A stretch of DNA of 64,000 nucleotides, from positions 18,476,995-18,540,994 of the forward strand of contig OZ037765.1 of NCBI GenBank assembly GCA_964035545.1, given 5' to 3'. This document shows, piece after piece, positions 1 to 14,840 of the stretch. The position numbers and the translations under genes were made by a program. The DNA comes from Bugula neritina (lineage: Eukaryota; Animalia; Bryozoa). Every line of letters begins with the position of its first letter. Position 1 is the first letter of the stretch. A model generated the notes under the pieces. That model was not told the DNA's origin. It was given only the letters and a program-made list of their open reading frames with translations, and searched no databases.

Positions 1-238
1 GGCTACCAAGACAATTGCTCTACTCTCAGCTGAAAGAGGGTAAAAGAAATACAGGGCGACCTAGACTCAGACTTAAAGATGTTGCTAAGAGGAATATGAA
101 ATGGAGAGCAATAAACTTGAGTTCATGGCAGCAGACAGCTGACAACAGAGCTGCGTGGAGAGTTGCAACCAAATCTAAGCTTAATCTATAAAACAGTCAT
201 AGTCGTATCGACTGACTGCAAGAGAGAGAGAGAGAGAG
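1..238 (+). mobile_element. 3' end of an RTE-clade non-LTR retrotransposon (ORF C-terminus, short 3' UTR, (GA)n tail), probably in a Haspin intron
   Basis: The frame from base 3 reads LPRQLLYSQLKEGKRNTGRPRLRLKDVAKRNMK...WQQTADNRAAWR to TAA at 189-191, typical of an RTE ORF C-terminus. A (GA)n run follows at about 221-238. Confidence 0.8.
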
Positions 239-1465
239 TGGAAACAGACAAAAACGTGCGCTAGCTGTATTAGATAGTGCCTAAGTAATTAAATTAACAG
301 ATTCTATCATCAGACAAAAGTGATTAATAAATAGATGCAACCTGATTTGAGTGTCAACTTTGCTTCAGCATTTTCTCAAAACACCTCAAAATTTCACCTA
401 GTATATTTAGTACTTTATAGTGTCCATCTCATACTAAAATATACTCTAAACTTAGACTATAAAATGATTGTCTGCACCTAAGCATTTGGATGTATGTTAT
501 ATTACATTTTTTAGAATATGACAGCTTTAGCTTTGCTAGTTAAACATAATCCATCAGATTAATTCTTTAAAGTCAGTTTTATAATTGTCAGAAAGAATTT
601 AATGAGTTCTTTTTACTAAACTGATTTATTAAAATTCAACTTTTTGTACATGAAGTAGAGTGTTGCTTACAATTAGGCCTCCATACTGAACATCCATATA
701 TAAATATAAAGAAATCTTACTAATAATTGAAATGTGGTAGCAATAACCTATGATTCCGAAGAAACTCTGCAAATTCATTGCAGTTTTTCACTCACATCGA
801 TTTTCTATTGTTTGAACAGAGCAAATGAAAAGATCATTAATTATTTGTCAAAAGCTAGCTCTTCCAAACAAGACAACTCCCAATAAATCAGTCATTTTTT
901 GATAAATGCCAATCAGTTGGCAATGCAAAAATACATGACCAGCATTAGTGGAGTTTTAGTAATTATTTTTGTCTTTACTCGGCTCACCGTGCATATATTT
1001 TTGTTAAATTTAAATCACTAGTTTCACAACTTTTGAATCTACAAAAGATTCCATTTGACTACAACTCATCTATTTGCATGAGTCAACTGAGTGGTAACAG
1101 CCTACTGAGTAACCATTGAGTTAACTTCAGCTCATATTGGCAGAAGTTTCCATTGATCAGCATGATAAGGTCAAATTGCATAATGCAAACCATGGAAATG
1201 TTAGCCATAGCTGTATGGGGTATTTGCTGCACTATAAAAGCACCAGTAAAGTGGAATCTGGATAAAATTACTCAATAAAAGCTTTGAAACGATGTTTTAA
1301 AGCCTATAACATTAACACTTTGAAATACTAAACGTTTTTTTAAAATACATAAATCTGTGCTTTAAAATGTTTTTTAGTAAAATATTTTACAAAACATTAT
1401 TGACACATTCGTCAATGATATGAAATTGTGTCAAAATGAATTTCTTTTTGAACTCAAATCTCACC

Positions 1466-4400
1466 TGGCCTGTCATTTTCTGATACTTTATGCGTTGCAT
1501 AGTAATCCCATTTATTCAACAAAATCTCCGGATATTTCCCCTGTGTGCAGACAACTCTCTTAGTCGTTACAAAGTTGTAGCCAAGTTCACTCAACGTTCT
1601 ACAATTCATCAACAAATGCACATGCAGAGGTCAGAATTTTCTTTAGAAACTGGACCAGCTAACCAGCTGAGCAGACAGACAGATAAAAAACTAAAACTAA
1701 ACTAGTAGATTGTTTATTGAGGCTAAGTGTGTCAAGACATGAAAGTAGCAGAACTACAGCACCAAGGTGAGAAAGAGCTACTCAGTCTGCTTGCAATAAC
1801 TACCCAATATGTTGAACTTTTTATATTGAATGTCTACTTTGGAATACAGCATCTATTTCCATATAAGCACAGGTGGTGATCATGATTTTACTGGTTAGGT
1901 CAACTGACAGGACCTGACTAGTAAATCACTACCTTGTGATGAGATATAGCAGCTGTACATCATACTAGTTGCACCAGAAAGAGTTGAAAACTCATTTACT
2001 CGAGAATGTAGACTTACTTTGTCACTAAAATCTCCTTTTTCATTTCGTGAAATCGTTTTTGAGGCTCGTCATTCACCCGGCAGTCTCCTTCCATCGGCAC
2101 CACCTGCAGAGCAAAACAACCAACACATAGTCAACAACCAAGCCAAGCAATCATTTTACCAAAGCCATCAGAGCACCGACTAGGCTGCTGCTAATGAAAC
2201 ATGAACTTGAACCTGGGTTAGTGGTAACGTGTTCTTTTAGACATTAGAAGAGTAACTCTGCAAGTCGATGCATTTTTAAAAATAATGATTTTCAATAATA
2301 TGGTGACCACATTATAATTTATAATATAATTTAATTTGCTCTAATAAATGTGTAGTACCTTTATAATAGAAACATCGCCATCTTCAGCTTCATACTTGAA
2401 TACTTCACCATAAACCCCTTCTCCGATCTTTACTAAACTATTCATCTTTCTATATAAACAAAATATTCTTATATTCTTCTATTTGGTTTAAAATGCTGGT
2501 TCTATGCTAGTAAATACAGTAGTACTTACTCGTCATCCATATAATCTCCCCATGATATAAATGTCCTCTGAAGACACTCTCTCAGCACAGACCTCTCTCT
2601 GCGCTTGTAACTGAGGTCAGTGAGTGAAGGTGATTGAAATTGCTAGAAAAAACAGCTCAATTTATTGCACAAACCAAGCTACACTGCAAAACAGAAACAT
2701 TATAGCAAACTTGAACTGATTCTTAGTATTACAAAAGTATTACGAAAATACTAAGACTTATTGAATAATAGATGCTTTGGTTTTCACCTGTTAAGAGAAA
2801 CTAAGTCTTTACAGCTGAAAAATATTTGCCAGAATTGGACAACAAAATCACAATGAATATTACTAGTTGCTAGGTTGAGTACAAGCAAAGATCCTTTGCA
2901 AGGAACATGAGTTAGCTGAGAGGCTGCTCAGGTAGCTAAACTAAAGATAAATTTCAGATGCAGCAAGTAAGAAAGGAGTGATTATTACGTGACAGCAGAG
3001 TTCCCTACAATATCATATTAAGTCATCATTCCTAGAGCTCTTATATAAATGCAGAATTGGAAATTTGTATGCTATTACGAACACATACTCAAATAATATG
3101 TCTATTAGCATTACAAGAAAAAGATCACAACTACCAGATCAATCAGCAACACGAATAACTAGTGTACAGCACATAGGAAATAACTGTTCAAATATGCAAC
3201 GAACTTTTAAAAATTAATTTTAAATTCTAACCTTAAATTCTTGTCCCAGAGACTGCAGATATGATTTTGATAGCTCAGAACCATCTATAAAATATTGCAA
3301 CAAAGACAATGAAGATTGTTCCCTATTCCAAAAGTATTTTTGCTTAATTGTAATATTAGAAGAATTGAGGAGCATTTCAGTAATTTTGCCGTAATTTTGC
3401 CCACTGCCAAGAGCTTTGAAGTTATGTTACACACAGCATGTGCATGAATCAACAATATTTTTTTGATAAAGCAAATGGTAACAATTTTGGTCAACAATTC
3501 ATAGCTCTCTAACCTGCTACCCGAACGGGACAAAGCGGAGATATGTGAGAGAAAAAATTCATTGCTCTCTAACTAATGATGACTTTTATACTCGTAGAAC
3601 TAAGCTTGAATCACTCTTTCCTCAGGGTAATGGTAACAATGCTCAATATAGATACAAACCTGGTGTTATTCTATGTAGTACAACAACGGGATGCTCTTCA
3701 CCTGTGTGATAAATACTGGGTGGAGATTCTGCACACTCAGGTTCTGAACCCTCTTCCTCTATTATACTATCTAACTGAGACACACTGTTCCTACTAAACG
3801 TTATATAGACAATGTGCATCATTAAAACTAATTAGCTAAAAATTTAAGATGAGTTGACCTGCTTCTCCCATACTGTGAATGTACAATTGCGACATGAAAC
3901 AATAGCACAGAAGAAATCATTTTTAGTACACAAAACAGAGTTGCTTATGTAGTGAATATATCACCTGAATGAAGGAGAAAATAATGAGACACTATGATGA
4001 GAAAGTTCAATAGAATTCGCTCTTTGACTGCTCTCGACACTGTTAGATGGTGCATGGCAATGCATATCTGAGTCTGATGGGCTCTTTTGATGATCGGAAG
4101 ACTCAATGTGGTCTCGAGGGTCATTTAAAGATATATTTTGTATGCTAGACACTAGGTCTTCTTCAAGATCGAGAGATGAAATATGGGATATGTTTGTTTT
4201 TAGTTCAGGGGATTTCAACCTGTAACGAAATATAGAATATTTCTCTATGGTTAGCCAGGATACGCTGTGGTGGTACGAAATATGGTACGAAAAAGAACCT
4301 TATCGAGCTCACCAATTTACCTCATTGCCTTTCTGTTAATTTGCTCAGGGGTACTGGTGTTGATGGAGCCAAAAGAATCGCCAAGTCTCTGCCTCAAGCG

Positions 4401-5500
4401 CTTAGCCCTACGTGTTTCCAAAGGAATTCCATTGTTACAGAAGCTATGATTAGTTCCTGCAGGACTGTTGTTTATTTCACTGAAGTTAGCAGCTCCATGT
4501 TTAGGAGAAGAAGTGGCAAGAGAGTCTGCACTATGCCCTTCTAAAGCTGTTAGCCATTCCTGAGTTGGCACATTCCAGCAATCATCAGTCGACGTTGAGA
4601 CTGATATGTGATTTTTTGCTGGTGTAACAGGCTGTACAACCAAATTGTAGTCATCAAACGAGTCAAAGCACGGAATATTTTCTGCTAAAATAACTTTGGA
4701 CGCTTTATTTAACCTCTTTCCACCTGCTGTCACCTTTGGCACATTACTAAGATCTGAAAGAGCTTGGGTCTTCCTGTTACCCCTACAAAATTATTTATCC
4801 TCTATAAAATGATAGGCTGGCTTTGGAGTGAACTGTAAAGCAGCTAAACAACAACTAATAAAATTTTTGGTGATGGTTAAGTTGGTAACATTGGTTAGTC
4901 ATGGTGCCATACTGAAAGACACCACATGACAATGTTATATTGCGAAACCTAGCCATAAAAAGCAGTGCTCAACTTATCAAGTGCTGTACATAATTTATTG
5001 GCAATGTAACTACCTGCTTTAAAAAAACCATTCACAGAGCTCAATCAAATGCATTTTTTATTTGGTATACACATGCAACTCAGTTTTTAGTTTGACCATG
5101 GTCAGTGTCCTCGAATAAAAACAAATTTTGAAATTAAAGAAAGTTATTTTATTAGGCAACTGCAGTATAAGTTTGACATTGAATCAACAAACTGCCTATC
5201 TAACTTTTTTATTTTTTTATAAATTAGCGACATGAAAGTAGTCCAAAAGATTCAGGAGCCATTCATGATCTTAAATATTAAACAAAATCAATTGAGCGGG
5301 ATTTTATATTATATATTTACATTAATTAACCTTTTGTTTGTAAGCTTTTTGGACTTATTGTTTACACTGGTGTCAGTAGGCACACTGTCTGAAGAGCTAG
5401 AATCAAAAGACTTTGTTCCATCAGAAAATACATCATATGTTGGACGATTTTTTGCTACAATAGCAAAAAATGGATCCTTCTGCCTATATGCTTTGCTCAT
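1466..5500 (-). CDS. HASPIN: Haspin (histone H3T3) kinase, multi-exon, 3'-partial. Exons ~5331-5500, 4321-4782, 3965-4219, 3660-3794, 3232-3284, 2530-2642, 2359-2449, 2018-2103, 1466-1598; the rest of the kinase domain lies left of the window
   Basis: Phase-compatible GT-AG exons give a low-complexity N-terminus followed by VLRECLQ..., KIGEGVYGEVFK, IIKVVPMEGDCRVNDEPQKRFHEMKKEILVTK and VVCTQGKYPEILLNKWDYY...SENDRP, matching the Haspin N-lobe. The start at ATG 5500 is tentative. Confidence 0.9.
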
Positions 5501-7626
5501 GATAAAAGGCGTTTGTCTAAAAAATATAAACTTGGATAATGAACAGATTCATAGATACACAAATCAGCAAACATTAACTTTAAAAAATAATTTTAAAAGA
5601 ATAACCAAATAAGTACATTTCAAAAGTTGGAAGGCTGTGGGCATTTGCTGAAAAACAACCAAGAGCCTTATACCAAACCAAAAGTCATAAGACCAAGCAA
5701 CACATGAATGTCTATGTGACAACAGAGGATGCAAAGCACTCATTAGTTATTAATATTTTTTGATGCAATACATACCTTATAAACTGACTCTAAGGTAATT
5801 ATTAGCTGATTATCTATTTCAGTTCAAGAAAGGTCTTTCTTACTTTAAGGGTGTCACAAGGATGAATTCCAAGACCTGCCTTCTCCATCTAATAAAATAA
5901 TGACTTGTCAATGAGCTTATCATGTACAGTGAGACTTTACAAAGCTTCCATTGCAAGTATTGTCCTGAATAAACAGACAATCTCAGCATGTAAGCTCAAA
6001 GCTCTATCGTGCTAAAAATAGGTAAAAAATGAAAAACCCCTATTAGCCATTAGAGGTTTTCACTAAACAGTAATGTCAGCAAGATGCTGTAAAAGTGAAT
6101 CAGAAGACTCTTGCCTAACAAAGAAACAAAAGGCTTCATTATGAATTGCCCAAAAGCTGTTGAGAAAATTCTAGTTGCAGTTTGGTGGAGGTAATAAACT
6201 AGCAGCCACATTTATTAACTCCAAATGTAAAGCTTGTACAAAATCTAAAGCTAGCAATATTCAGAGAACCAGCAGAGCATCGGTGTGAGATTTTGATGAT
6301 TTAATGAGCAACCGCAAAGCTTAGGCCTTAGAGCCTCGCTTAAATGAAGCCTTATACTAGCTTTTAACTCGAAAATTATAATGATCTAATCTTTAAAATA
6401 ATAGCTGTGTTTCAGTTTAAATTTTTATTCTTTTAGTATAGACCCTTTTTAGTGGTCTCCAATGTCCCCTTAAAATTAAGAGTTGTGTCTTTCCAACATG
6501 CAAAGATGTTGCCTAAAATATGCTTGAACGCATTTTTGTGGTTTCCGTTGCTGGGCAATGCAGAAATGGCAACTATGATTAAGTCTCAATTATCGTTTGT
6601 TGTCCCGTCTGTTATGGCCATGCAATTTATAGCTGAATTGACCTTTCAACTCTGCAGTGGTCCAGTTTCACCGCTAGTTACATGTAATTACTCACATGCC
6701 TGCTCAGCAGCTTAGCCGTGTTACAGCATGTACACATAATTATACTTTGAAGAGTTTGTACATTATGTTCAAAGGACCGGCAATGCTTTACATAGTTTCA
6801 TGTTATAGCTAAAACTTTTTTAAAAGAAAAATATTACTGAGAGAAGCAAAGCTCAGTTTGAGCAAAAATTTATTTAAAATATTTTATATAGTTGATTGAT
6901 TTATTGCATATCACAGACATGACAACATGTTGCGAAATTCAGTGTAAATACTGGCTATAATACAAGTAGGCATGCATGAACAAAAATGAAAGAAAAAAAA
7001 GTCAAAACTCTGTAAGATTATTTAAAATAGAAGCTCATTTAAAGTATTTACAAGAGGCAGACATCTTTTAATCCAATATCATCTTGAAATATTTTGTCTG
7101 CCCTATATCTTTATTGCATGTTTTACAACAGGTCTAATAGTTTTATTTGAAAGTTTTAATTGATCGATATGTTATACTTGGTGTGAACTTATCCTCGATT
7201 ATGCATAACATTTTGTGACCCAGGATCAGCCAAGCCAGCTGTAAAACTACAGCTAAGTTTCAATAAGACTAGCTGATGTAGATATTTAGAGCATGAGAAG
7301 TTGAGAAGCTATAACATTTAATGATTTCACTGAAAGCCCAAGCAAAAAGTTAATCACTCAATATTTTCAACATACTTTTACTGCTTCCTTTATCAGAATC
7401 TGCTTCATACTTTTCAACCAGAAATTCTTTCAGAAGCGGTTTTCAGATAATTCAGTTTACCTATGTTGCAATTTGATGAGTTGGGAAACTTGGGTTTTCA
7501 GGTTCAGTAGTGGCTGGCTTAGCTTGGCCTTTTACCTATTTCATTATATAACTATGTTTTAACCTACCACCTACATTAACTAGGACCTTGAGTCTACTGC
7601 AGCTGACAGAGATGACTACTACACAC

Positions 7627-7794
7627 GAGTAGGTGCAGTAATGGAGAAGTGAGTAGGTGCAGTAATGGAGAAGTTGAGAAAAGCCTGCGTTCCAGATTAG
7701 AAATGTAGCAAAAGAAGTTATGTTATGAGCAACACCAAAATTTATAAAGAAATTCAAAAAACTTAGGCTATCTCAATTTCTTCCCTACTGCTCC
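7627..7794. mobile_element. MITE-like element, family A, copy 1 (one end tandemly duplicated by 24 bp)
   Basis: Imperfect ~30-bp terminal inverted repeats (ggtgcagtaatggagaagttgagaaaagcct ... aggctatctcaatttcttccctactgctcc). Related copies at ~33959 and ~40021. Confidence 0.75.
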
Positions 7795-8989
7795 TATACT
7801 ACAAGCCACAGTCATAATATTAAGAAATAACAAAACTGTAACACAAAAACCTGAATGCCAACAGCTAAAAGGCTATCGGGGTTTATCTAGATATATTTAT
7901 TTGAGCACAATTGTTGCAAGTGCAATAGATGCATTTAACCTGCTAGAAAATTAAACGACATGTATTAATCCACATTTCATATTCGTTTGATGATACAAAT
8001 TTAACCAGTCTATTTAATAATATATCGTATATCTATAGTTTTGTGAGAATGCTTCTTGAAAATGATGGGTATTGAGGTAGGTAGTTTAGCTATTCTCATA
8101 ACATAAGTGCATAAGTATATAATTAATTGAAAATGCTAACAGCTAATCAGCCTAATCTGCTGTCTCATTCACTAGCAGAGCTTTAAGACTGTGTTAACAG
8201 CAGATTCTGACCAAAAAGTTGAAAGGTCAACAGCTATAAATTTAACATGACAGCCAGTACAAGAAATAATTAATGAGACTTGTATCATAGTTACCACTTC
8301 AACTTGCTCAGTAACCAAAACCACAAACATGCTTTGAAGTTTATTTTTCTCAAGATTTGTGAAGAAAGAAAATTTTTAAAAATTTTCTGGAACTGCTATT
8401 ATGTATGCTTAGGCCAAAATATTTATCTCAGAAAAGAAAAAACTCATGCTAGCAATAATCCTCACACAAACCTTAAATTTCTCCTGATTTTATGACTTTC
8501 TATATATCATGAAGACTCCCCCATATACCGGGAGGAGACAACTTCAAATTATAAAAGCCCCTAGAGGGACATTTGAAAATAAATTTGGAAATAAAATGAA
8601 GTTTAATTAAATTCAAATAAAGAATGAAACTTGAATAACTACTTTCATTATGCAATTAAACAATTACTGTTAAATTATTATTGGAATTAAAATTTGATAA
8701 TATCCTAATCGTAATGATAAGTTGGCTTTTAATTTAAATTTATATTAATATTAAATTACTCTAAACAATATAAATACTAAATCTACTCTGTTGCTATTGG
8801 TAATCTCAAAGTCAGTAGTATTACCATCACTATTAGTAATACTATTATAATATATATATTATAATATTATTATTATTATCAATACTTCAAGTATTAGTAT
8901 TAGTTAGAGATTACTATTACTATTAACTTAATTAAAATTAGAACACTCTGCTAACACCTACAGGCACAAAATTATGAGTGCCCCTTATG

Positions 8990-10080
8990 CTGCGTTTGTT
9001 TGGGTTTATCATATGTTGAAATGCATCTATTCTAGCATGTAGCTAAGTTTGGAAATTTAAATTGTAATGTATATGGTTTTAGCATATAGCTAAGCTGAGT
9101 TTGTGTTATAAGATGGTGTCCTCAAATCTCTAATGCTTTAAGGGAGAAAGCTGTTGTGAAAGGTCTGCGAGGATGCAGAAATTGATGTTGGTTCTCCTCT
9201 CTTGTCAGATCGAGTGTTTATTGACCAATTTGAATTTAACAGATCATCATAAGCAGATGAAAGCGTTTTATGGCGCTCTTCATTTGAGCGTATTCGTTGG
9301 CTTGCAAGAGTTTTAAGCTGCAATTCAGTGCGAGCCTTCCTTTGAGGTGAGCTATAAACCTGATGGCTTAATTTTGAACATGTTCAATTTGTTTACAGGC
9401 AATTTTGTTAGTTGGATCCCACAACTTGTCTGCATACTCAAGGATAGGTCTACATAGACTAAGGTAGGCAATTAATTTTGCCTTCATGAGTGCATTGTAT
9501 ATCGTATGCTTGATACAGCCAAGTATTTTGTTTGCATTGTTGACTTTAGATGTAATATGTCTGTCAAAATTTAGATTGGACTGCATGATTACACCAAGAT
9601 AATTGGCCTCTTTAACTGTTTTGAGAGTGGTGTCACCAAGTAAATATAGATAGGAGGTGTCATCTGTTTCACCAAATATGATCACTTCACACTCATCAGT
9701 ACCAAATGGCATTTTCCATTTAAGTGACCAGCTATAAAGTGAGTTTAGGTCCCTCTGAAAGGCTTGCTGTTGTATTTTGTTGTGACCTTCAGCATATAGA
9801 AGTGTGTAGCCGACATATAGATCAACTTTGCATGAGACAGATTGAGGGAGATCATTGATGTAGATTAGGAAGTGTTGGCCCAAGAACTGACCTTTGAGGG
9901 ACTCCAGATGTTACACCTAGTTTAGATGATTCCACCCCTTTGATCACCACTTTTTGACTTCTGTCAGACAAAAAGCTCTGTATCCAATTGGCAATAAAAG
10001 GGTCAATTCCTTTAATTCGCCTGATTTTCTCCATGAGTAGTAAATGGAGAACTTTATCAAAGGCTTTTTTAAAATCTAGA
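8990..10080 (-). mobile_element. 5'-truncated, decayed CR1/L2-type LINE reverse transcriptase fragment
   Basis: Reads LDFKKAFDKV, WIQSFLSDRSQKVVI, SGVPQRSVLGP, then a frameshift, then FLIYINDL, a degenerate YADD (YVGY), YLGV, AYLSLCRPILEY and TFHNSFLP. Several frameshifts and stops. Confidence 0.9.
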
Positions 10081-10799
10081 ATTAAATTTACTGCATGGGT
10101 ACTGTAGTAGTATTAGTATCTTACTTACTAGTTACTTACTAGTTACTTACAAGCTTAGGAGATATGTTAAATAATATTAATTATAATCACTTATTCTTAA
10201 TCAGTTAAACTTAATGTACCTCAACCTGTAAGTGTATTTGTAGTTGACTAGTTGTAGTACTAGTAAAATATCAATATAAATTGTTGTTGTTGTTTTGTTA
10301 GAACCTTTAGACCCCTATATATGGGGAAGTGAAGGTCTTCAGACCTGTGATTGTTGATTACTACAAGTCTTATGATCTTAAATCTCGTGAAATGCGATGG
10401 ACAAAACTGTTGTGCAAAAAACTGTTACTCGCAGCAAGAGCAGGTGGTAACTCTTTGGTGGCAGATCTAGTCTGGACATTAGACTTAGTTTTGGAATCAC
10501 AGGCCACAAGTTTATCAAAAGAATAATAAAGTTAATATTAATTCATTTAACTCATTAATATTATCATTATCATTATGATTATCAATATGAATATGAATAT
10601 GAAAATCAAAATTGAAATTGAATCTGAGAGTGAGATATCACTTAAATTTAATATTATAATATTTAAAAGTTAGTTAGAAGTATAACTAAGTAGTTACATT
10701 GTGATTGCCTTTAGCGTTATGATCAAGTTCAGATAACATAAATATGTTTCTCAAGTCAAAAAACGTATTCACTATTTTACAAGCTAAACTTAGTTTCAC

Positions 10800-11380
10800 G
10801 ATAACATCATTTTTAAATGTAGCGGTGAACTATAATACGTTAACCTTTCCGCAAAACCCATGCATTAATTTTATTGGCTTTCTGTCTGATTAGGTTTCTT
10901 GCGGAAATTATTTCTAATTCTGGTTGACCTATTTAATTGAGCAGTTACAATTTTGATTAGTTGATCTTTCTACCTCCCTTTAAATATTTAGCAGTTATAG
11001 TAGTAATTTTGTATAATTCTTGTAAATATAATAATTGAAACCAATATAAAATAAAATTCAATTTTCTAAAATGCGTTTTTAAATAAATATAAAATTGTAA
11101 ATAATATAGATTTTAACTTTATAAAATAATCATTGTTGCGACGTTCACTTCACGAAGCCATTGGACGGCAAGGTCTCCAATAAAGAAACAGCTTCTCATC
11201 AGCCACAGTTTCGATAGGTCGTCCAAGTGACCATTGAGGAACGAGAGGGGAGATATTTTGTGGCCAATCATAGATTCTGGCCGAATTGAACACCAAATTT
11301 CACTCAACAAATATCCACTTCTAAAAGAATTAAACATCACTTACATTTCGTGTGTTTTATAAATTTATCGATATGATAAT
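10800..11380. promoter_or_regulatory. Putative bidirectional Haspin / NF-YA promoter
   Basis: CpG-containing island between the divergent genes. CCAAT/ATTGG at 10873, 11041, 11160, 11177 and 11264 (GGCCAATCA); TATCGATA (DRE-like) at 11366. Flanked by AT-rich tracts. Confidence 0.55.
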
Positions 11381-13156
11381 GATTATCATTATGAATATCA
11401 AATTTAATATGAATATCAATATGAGTATGACAATAAGTAAAAGACTAATACTAATAGTAATACTAATAGTAATACTAATAGTAATATGCACATCCAATTT
11501 CATAATCAATATCATTAGACATTACTAATACTTTAAGGTTTGTCTTTGGTCCTAGAAGTAGATTTAGTCCTCGCGGTTACCAATATTAAGTTAATATAAA
11601 ATATTATTAACTAAGACTTAGACTTGGAGGGATAGACTCAGACTGTTAGTGTTAGTGTTTGACATTAACTTACTCTTAGTTTTACTTTTAGTTTTAGTCT
11701 TATGATCATCACCAAGTCCAACACTAGTATAAGTATTACTATTACTATTAGTAATAGTAATTTACTCATAGTCATACTGATACTGTATTAAATTTAATAT
11801 TATTTGCATTATAAATTTAATATTGATATTATAAATTTGTAATTATACTTATTAAATTAATAAATCATTATCCAGTGATGAGAATTTATTTCTATGACTA
11901 TTGAAATAATTATTTTATATTTCTACAGTATGAGTGTGAGTATCAGTAATTCACTAATACTCATACTGATTCTGAGTAATGATAATACTAATAGAGTAAT
12001 TCTTAATACTAACTCAAATACTAGCTTTAAATTTAATAGCAATTATTCACTTTCTGGTACCACTAACAATATTCATCTCTGTAATATCAATAGTATTCAT
12101 TATACTTATATTTATATATTCATATTTCAGAATATTTTCATATATTTATAAGTATTCATATTTCATTATAAGTATTCATATATTCAGTATTCATATATGA
12201 ATAGCAGAAATATTCATATTTCTGCTAATTTTAATAAGTTTATAATTAATAGTGTTATTTTTTATATTTAAGACAAAGATTCATAGTGATAGTAATATTT
12301 ATCAATATCTATGTGATCATTTTAGTATTAATACCGTATCATTACGTTGCTATTCATAATTGGTGATAACATGCATTCTTTAACATAATTATCAGGAACT
12401 TTAAATTGTGCTCAAGAGCTATGTAATAAAGCTATAAGTTGAAAGCACCAAATTTAGTTAATATAATTGCATGTAGTTTTACTTTTTTTACTTGCTAATT
12501 AAACTTTATTACCTTCAACATTTCACTCTTACTGCATTTGATAATTCACTCTGGGAATTCATTTAAAACCACTTGGTGACAAAGAAAAAAGTACATGTAA
12601 TGTAAATGATAGACTAATTTTTAAATTAAACCTAACTAATTTGAATGAAACTGGGTCTATGTTAACTTTCAAGTTAAAGCCAGTTTGTTCAATTTTTTTA
12701 ATTGAAACAGAAAGTAGCAGTTATGAAATTTGATACTTTAGGCTTACATCTTTTTGAAAAAAAAATCATTTATGTTATTTTCTTTGACTGAACTAGGTGT
12801 ATTTAAAATGGTTCTAAAAAATGACAGTTTTTGTTGTTACTACAATTTCATTCTAAAAAGCTTTTAAATCTCCATGTGTAAGTTGCATAATATCTTAATT
12901 CTATATAGCATGAATTGTATTAAATTTTAGACAAGTTGTCAAGTACTTGGGCTCTGGGAAGCCCAATTAGTGTTACTCATATGCATTATAGGTCTTTGCC
13001 TGGTTAATTGTAATTGGACACTTCTTCAACTTTACTAATTAGTCTTGCTCTATATTTTCTCAAAAAAATTTGAAGTCATGAACTTATTGCTTTTGTTCTA
13101 TTTCATTCAGAGATCTTTTGATACCTGTTTTGAAAGAGGAAACCAATTATTGTAAG

Positions 13157-14840
13157 ATGGCAGAAATTGCCGATTATCAATCTGCTGCCACCTCCACTTC
13201 TGCTGCTGTCACTGCTGTAACCAGCGCTGACCAGCAAGCATCGCAGACTCAACCAATTTTGGTCCAGACAGGGAATACTTCTCAGGCTCAGGTTGGGAAT
13301 GTAATATGGTTCAGTAATCTCCTCAAACCATTTGCCTTATGCACTATTTAGTTTTGTTAGGTATTTTATCTGGCAATGTAGTGACTTGCTACATAATGTA
13401 TGATAAGGTGTATCTTTGAAACAATTTGCTGGTGCAAAACTTGAAGTTTTAGCTCGCATCAACATTTTCAAAATAGTACTTTGTATTCTCACATCACTGC
13501 ATGATAATTTTGTATACTGCGTATCCAGGTCTTTCAATTGGCTCAAGGCAACCAAGTGCTGCAAGCCCTGACTAGTGCAACTGGTACCCAGCAGCAACAG
13601 TTTATGACTGTACAGACAACTACACAGGCTGGGCAAGCTCAATATCAACAGGTATGCTTCCTCTAAAAAAGTGTATTTGAATTTGAGGTGTTCTGGTGAT
13701 GTAAATCAATCAATGGATGTTTTTTTACAAAATTAATCGTGTTTCTAAATAAATCTATCTGGCGAATGTGGTAAAGTTACAAGTTTAATTCAAAGCTACT
13801 TTGCAGCTGTATGCAAGTGTTTGCATAACATTCTTAATGCTCAGCTTTCCTGTTTACAAAGGCCTGTATGTCAGTGAAATGTGTAACCATTTCACCTTAC
13901 TATGTTCCAGTGATGCGGTAACTTGACCTTTTTGCATATATTTGTGTTCTACACTGTAGTTTTCTTATAGGTTCAATTGGTGAATGGTCAAACGCCGCAA
14001 AATGCTGTGATTGTACAACCAGGTCAAACTGGAGAAAATCAAATTGTCTACCAACCAGATGGCTCTGCACAAATTCAAACAGGTTATTTTTTGGCATATT
14101 CTATTTTTAGTTTTTCTTTCTTTAGTTTACAAGTGTTTTTGAAATATTGAATGGCTTCCTGTTGATGGTGTGCTGTTTTCTGTAGGGGGAGGAAATGTGA
14201 TATCATTACCAGCGTCATTCACTTCACAACTACTAGGCGGTGCTGGAGGTAATACCCCAGTCATGGTCGTTGTAGCTCCTCAGGCCGCCTCTTCCAAAAG
14301 AGTTATTGGCGGTGTTCATGTGAGTACTTGTGGTCATTATACATGCAACATGCTTTACATTTTCCATCACTATGTGTGACCTGATTCAACTGCAGTTAGC
14401 CCATCCTTGTGAAATAGACTTCCTGATAATTATAATGCATTTTGTTGCCTGACCTACAATTGCTACTATAGTTGGAGTTGTCTTTTCTAAGATCAAGGGC
14501 AAACAACTTCCACTTATTCAACAGGTTACATTTTGCGTCATCTGTTTAGGAGGTAGCAACTGATGATCCCCCTCTCTATGTCAATGCCAAGCAGTATCAC
14601 AGAATATTGAAGCGGCGTCAAGCTAGGCAAAAACTCGAGGCTGCTGGTAGAATAAGCAAAGAACGTAAAGGCTATCTACACGAGTCTCGGCATAAACATG
14701 CAACCAACCGTAATAGAGGGGAAGGGGGTCGCTTTATGTCTAAAGCCAAAAAGGAGGCTGCTGCTGCTGCTGCTGCTGCTAAAGCTGCAGGGTCTGCAAC
14801 AGATATAATTACAAATGGTTCTGAATCTATGGTGAGCTAA
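13157..14840 (+). CDS. NFYA: Nuclear transcription factor Y subunit alpha. Exons ~13157-13291, 13529-13651, 13971-14082, 14186-14319, 14551-14840
   Basis: Q/V-rich activation-domain exons are followed by [23 protein letters not shown]...[21 protein letters not shown], the CBF-B/NF-YA core. Splice phases are consistent. Confidence 0.96.
14756..14780 (+). repeat. (GCT)n coding microsatellite giving poly-Ala in the NF-YA C-terminus
   Basis: About 8 GCT units directly visible. Confidence 0.9.

Noticed and set aside
660-1040. Further Haspin exons
   Set aside because: Candidate AG/GT-bounded segments either hit stops or lack convincing Haspin similarity in the required phase. The remainder is presumed to lie outside the window.
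9138-10034. Active or domesticated reverse transcriptase
   Set aside because: It is frameshifted and 5'-truncated, and the catalytic YADD has decayed to YVGY.
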